Origin: Candidatus Bathyarchaeota archaeon
GTDB lineage: Archaea > Thermoproteota > Bathyarchaeia > TCS64
DNA length: 64,000 nt
Direction: 5' to 3'
NCBI GenBank assembly: GCA_020346605.1
Contig: CP070784.1
Location: 2,008,105 to 2,072,104 of the forward strand
The notes under the pieces were generated by a model. It saw only the letters and a program-made list of their open reading frames with translations. It did no database searches and was not told the origin of the DNA. Positions 62,749-64,000 of this stretch are shown in pieces. Position numbers and translations under genes: made by a program. The first letter of the stretch is position 1; each line of letters opens with the position of its first letter.

Positions 62749-63309
62749 TCAAAGTACCATGGCAACGACGTCAACTCGTGCTGGCATTGGCGTAAATAGT
62801 CGGATGATTACCTCGGAGGGGCCCGGTTCTATAGGGACCGCGATTACTGCATAACTGAACATGTCATCCACATGTGACCACGGGTAGTTCCTATGGATGT
62901 CCGGGTAAACGTTAACATGTATTGAGTCGCCGCTGAAAGCGTAGTAATTAATTACGAACAATACCAATTTCGGCTCCAAGGATTCGAAGTTGAACAAGAA
63001 ATCAGTCACAAATTCAGTTGTTACAAAGCTGTAGCGTTTGACCTCGTACCCCTCTCCGAGAACCCACCGAGGCCCCTGTGGACCGATTGGGCCTTCCGGT
63101 CCCTGTATTCATTGTGGACCTTCTGGGCCTTGCTCACCCTGCAGGCCTACAGGTCCAGGAGCTCCCTCAGGACCAGGTTGTCCTTCAATGCCTGGTGGGC
63201 CAGCAGGTCCGGGTTCACCTGGCGGACCAGCCGGTCCGGGTTCACCCGGTGGGCCAGAGGGTCCAGGAATCGACTGAATGTCGTCGATCTGTTCTTGGAG
63301 GGAGGTCAA
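62749..63309 (-). pseudogene. collagen-like (G-X-Y repeat) protein with C-terminal globular domain, interrupted by in-frame TGA at 63109-63111
   Basis: ORFs 63109..63309 and 62749..63009 are in one frame. There are 17 G-X-Y triplets, then TGA in a Gly position, then [14 protein letters not shown] and an approximately 105-aa non-repeat domain. The start is TTG. Confidence 0.6.
63193..63257. repeat. 27-nt tandem repeat (about 2.4 copies) inside the collagen-like gene
   Basis: Units 63193-63219 and 63220-63246 are near-identical and encode GEPGPAGPP on the minus strand. A partial third unit follows. Confidence 0.7.
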
Positions 63310-63459
63310 TGTCGCCCATATATTTGCTAGGGCGCGCGCTTAGAGCTTAGAGCGCAAACGCGCTAACCACCGCTGGCAGAGAATGAAAACTGATAGGCAG
63401 CACTCACGATCGAGGAATCATACAGAGGCCATCTAATTCTAACAACTCTACAATAAGTT

Positions 63460-63828
63460 GTGAAGAAATTTACCTTTAAAAGAATCCCGTCTCATAATCT
63501 TTATGTCATAATAAACAATTATGAAGACGCGAAGGAAGAAAACGCGCGAACAATGCAACGACTCCCATGGTACGATGAGAACAAGCGCAGCGGATTACTC
63601 GTGACTCTAGGTTTGATTACCATCGTGCTGATCGCCGCTTACATCCGGTATGCTGACGGCGCTAGCAGTACGGAGACTATTTTGGTGCTTGTCATCGTCG
63701 CAACGCTTGCCATTTTGGCGCGTCAATTTCTTCGATGGCTCAGGGAGCAATCAATCTGCTGGTGGACGGGCCACCCTGACACGTCGTGGGAAGGTAATCG
63801 CGATGGCGAAAGGCGAGGGGAGATGTAG
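63460..63828 (+). CDS. hypothetical membrane protein
   Basis: 122 aa with a GTG start and two hydrophobic helices (LLVTLGLITIVLIAAYI, ILVLVIVATLAILA). Lies in the lower-G+C region. No family recognised. Confidence 0.4.
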   Translation: MKKFTFKRIPSHNLYVIINNYEDAKEENARTMQRLPWYDENKRSGLLVTLGLITIVLIAAYIRYADGASSTETILVLVIVATLAILARQFLRWLREQSICWWTGHPDTSWEGNRDGERRGEM

Positions 63829-64000
63829 GTGAGTTATTTAATAGATGACATTCTCCTTGCGATGCTCTTCCTCATGATCATTATAATGATCTTCCTACAG
63901 ATCGATCTGCTGAAATCTGACCCGGCTCAATGGCTGGCGATATTAAACATGAACTCGAACATGAGGTTCTGGAACTTTGCCGAGAAGTTACAGCCCACGA
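63829..64000 (+). CDS. hypothetical membrane protein, partial (runs off window)
   Basis: A GTG directly after the preceding TAG opens MSYLIDDILLAMLFLMIIIMIFLQ..., which stays open to the window end. Confidence 0.25.
   Translation, partial: MSYLIDDILLAMLFLMIIIMIFLQIDLLKSDPAQWLAILNMNSNMRFWNFAEKLQPT

Noticed and set aside
63038-63277. 79-aa Cys/Pro/Gly-rich ORF on the + strand (…[21 protein letters not shown]…).
   Set aside because: It is the mirror image of the G-X-Y repeat on the minus strand. The minus-strand reading gives a regular collagen triplet pattern plus a sensible C-terminal domain and a downstream oligo-T tract.
1-64000. A search for rRNA, tRNA, CRISPR arrays, IS elements/transposases, integrases and toxin-antitoxin or defence cassettes.
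   Set aside because: No regularly spaced direct repeats were seen. No tRNA-like T-arm/acceptor patterns appeared in the intergenic regions inspected. No DDE, tyrosine-recombinase or serine-recombinase motifs appeared in any ORF. Absence is judged by eye only.

Overview
This is a gene-dense, high-G+C chromosomal segment with about 65 credible CDS. It reads as archaeal: TATA-like boxes sit about 25-40 nt upstream of start codons with little or no leader, genes are followed by oligo-T terminator tracts, and one secreted protein carries a PGF-CTERM (archaeosortase-type) sorting signal. I recognised no rRNA, tRNA, CRISPR array, transposase or integrase.

Gene content:
- Amide-bond and peptide hydrolases dominate: two S9 peptidases, an M20-like gene, an M55 D-aminopeptidase, a tandem AstE/AspA (M14-like) pair, DUF1028, an N-acyl-D-amino-acid deacylase, two amidinotransferase-fold genes, an 806-aa Zn metalloprotease and several amidohydrolases.
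- Transporters: 3 MFS, FTR1 and GDT1.
- Sugar and sugar-acid genes: DUF2961/GH172-like, FucI-like, KdgK, Eda, GH4 and an FGGY kinase.
- Detoxification and redox genes: ArsM, two DinB-family genes, VOC and a TlpA-like redoxin.

Most notable observations:
1. A bacillithiol-type thiol biosynthesis set: bshA, a bshC-like gene with a Zn-ribbon insert, and a bshB-like PIG-L deacetylase.
2. Three unrelated conserved genes are each broken by exactly one in-frame stop, and the conserved sequence continues in frame after it. They are the bshB-like gene (TGA), an amidinotransferase-fold gene (TAG at a position that is Trp in its paralogue) and a collagen-like gene (TGA at a Gly position of the G-X-Y repeat).
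3. A PadR-family regulator with an N-terminal CC-x7-CC extension is divergent from arsM.
4. A fusion of two AbrB-like domains with a prenyltransferase/terpene-cyclase-like repeat domain sits behind a 17-nt perfect palindrome.
5. In a tandem pair of paralogous membrane proteins, the conserved N-terminus of the second copy is encoded upstream of any canonical start codon.
6. The right end of the window is visibly lower in G+C and carries the collagen-like gene.
7. Three CxxC...CxxC zinc-ribbon ORFs fall below the 60-aa cutoff of the ORF track.

All family calls come from motif recognition by eye. No searches were run.
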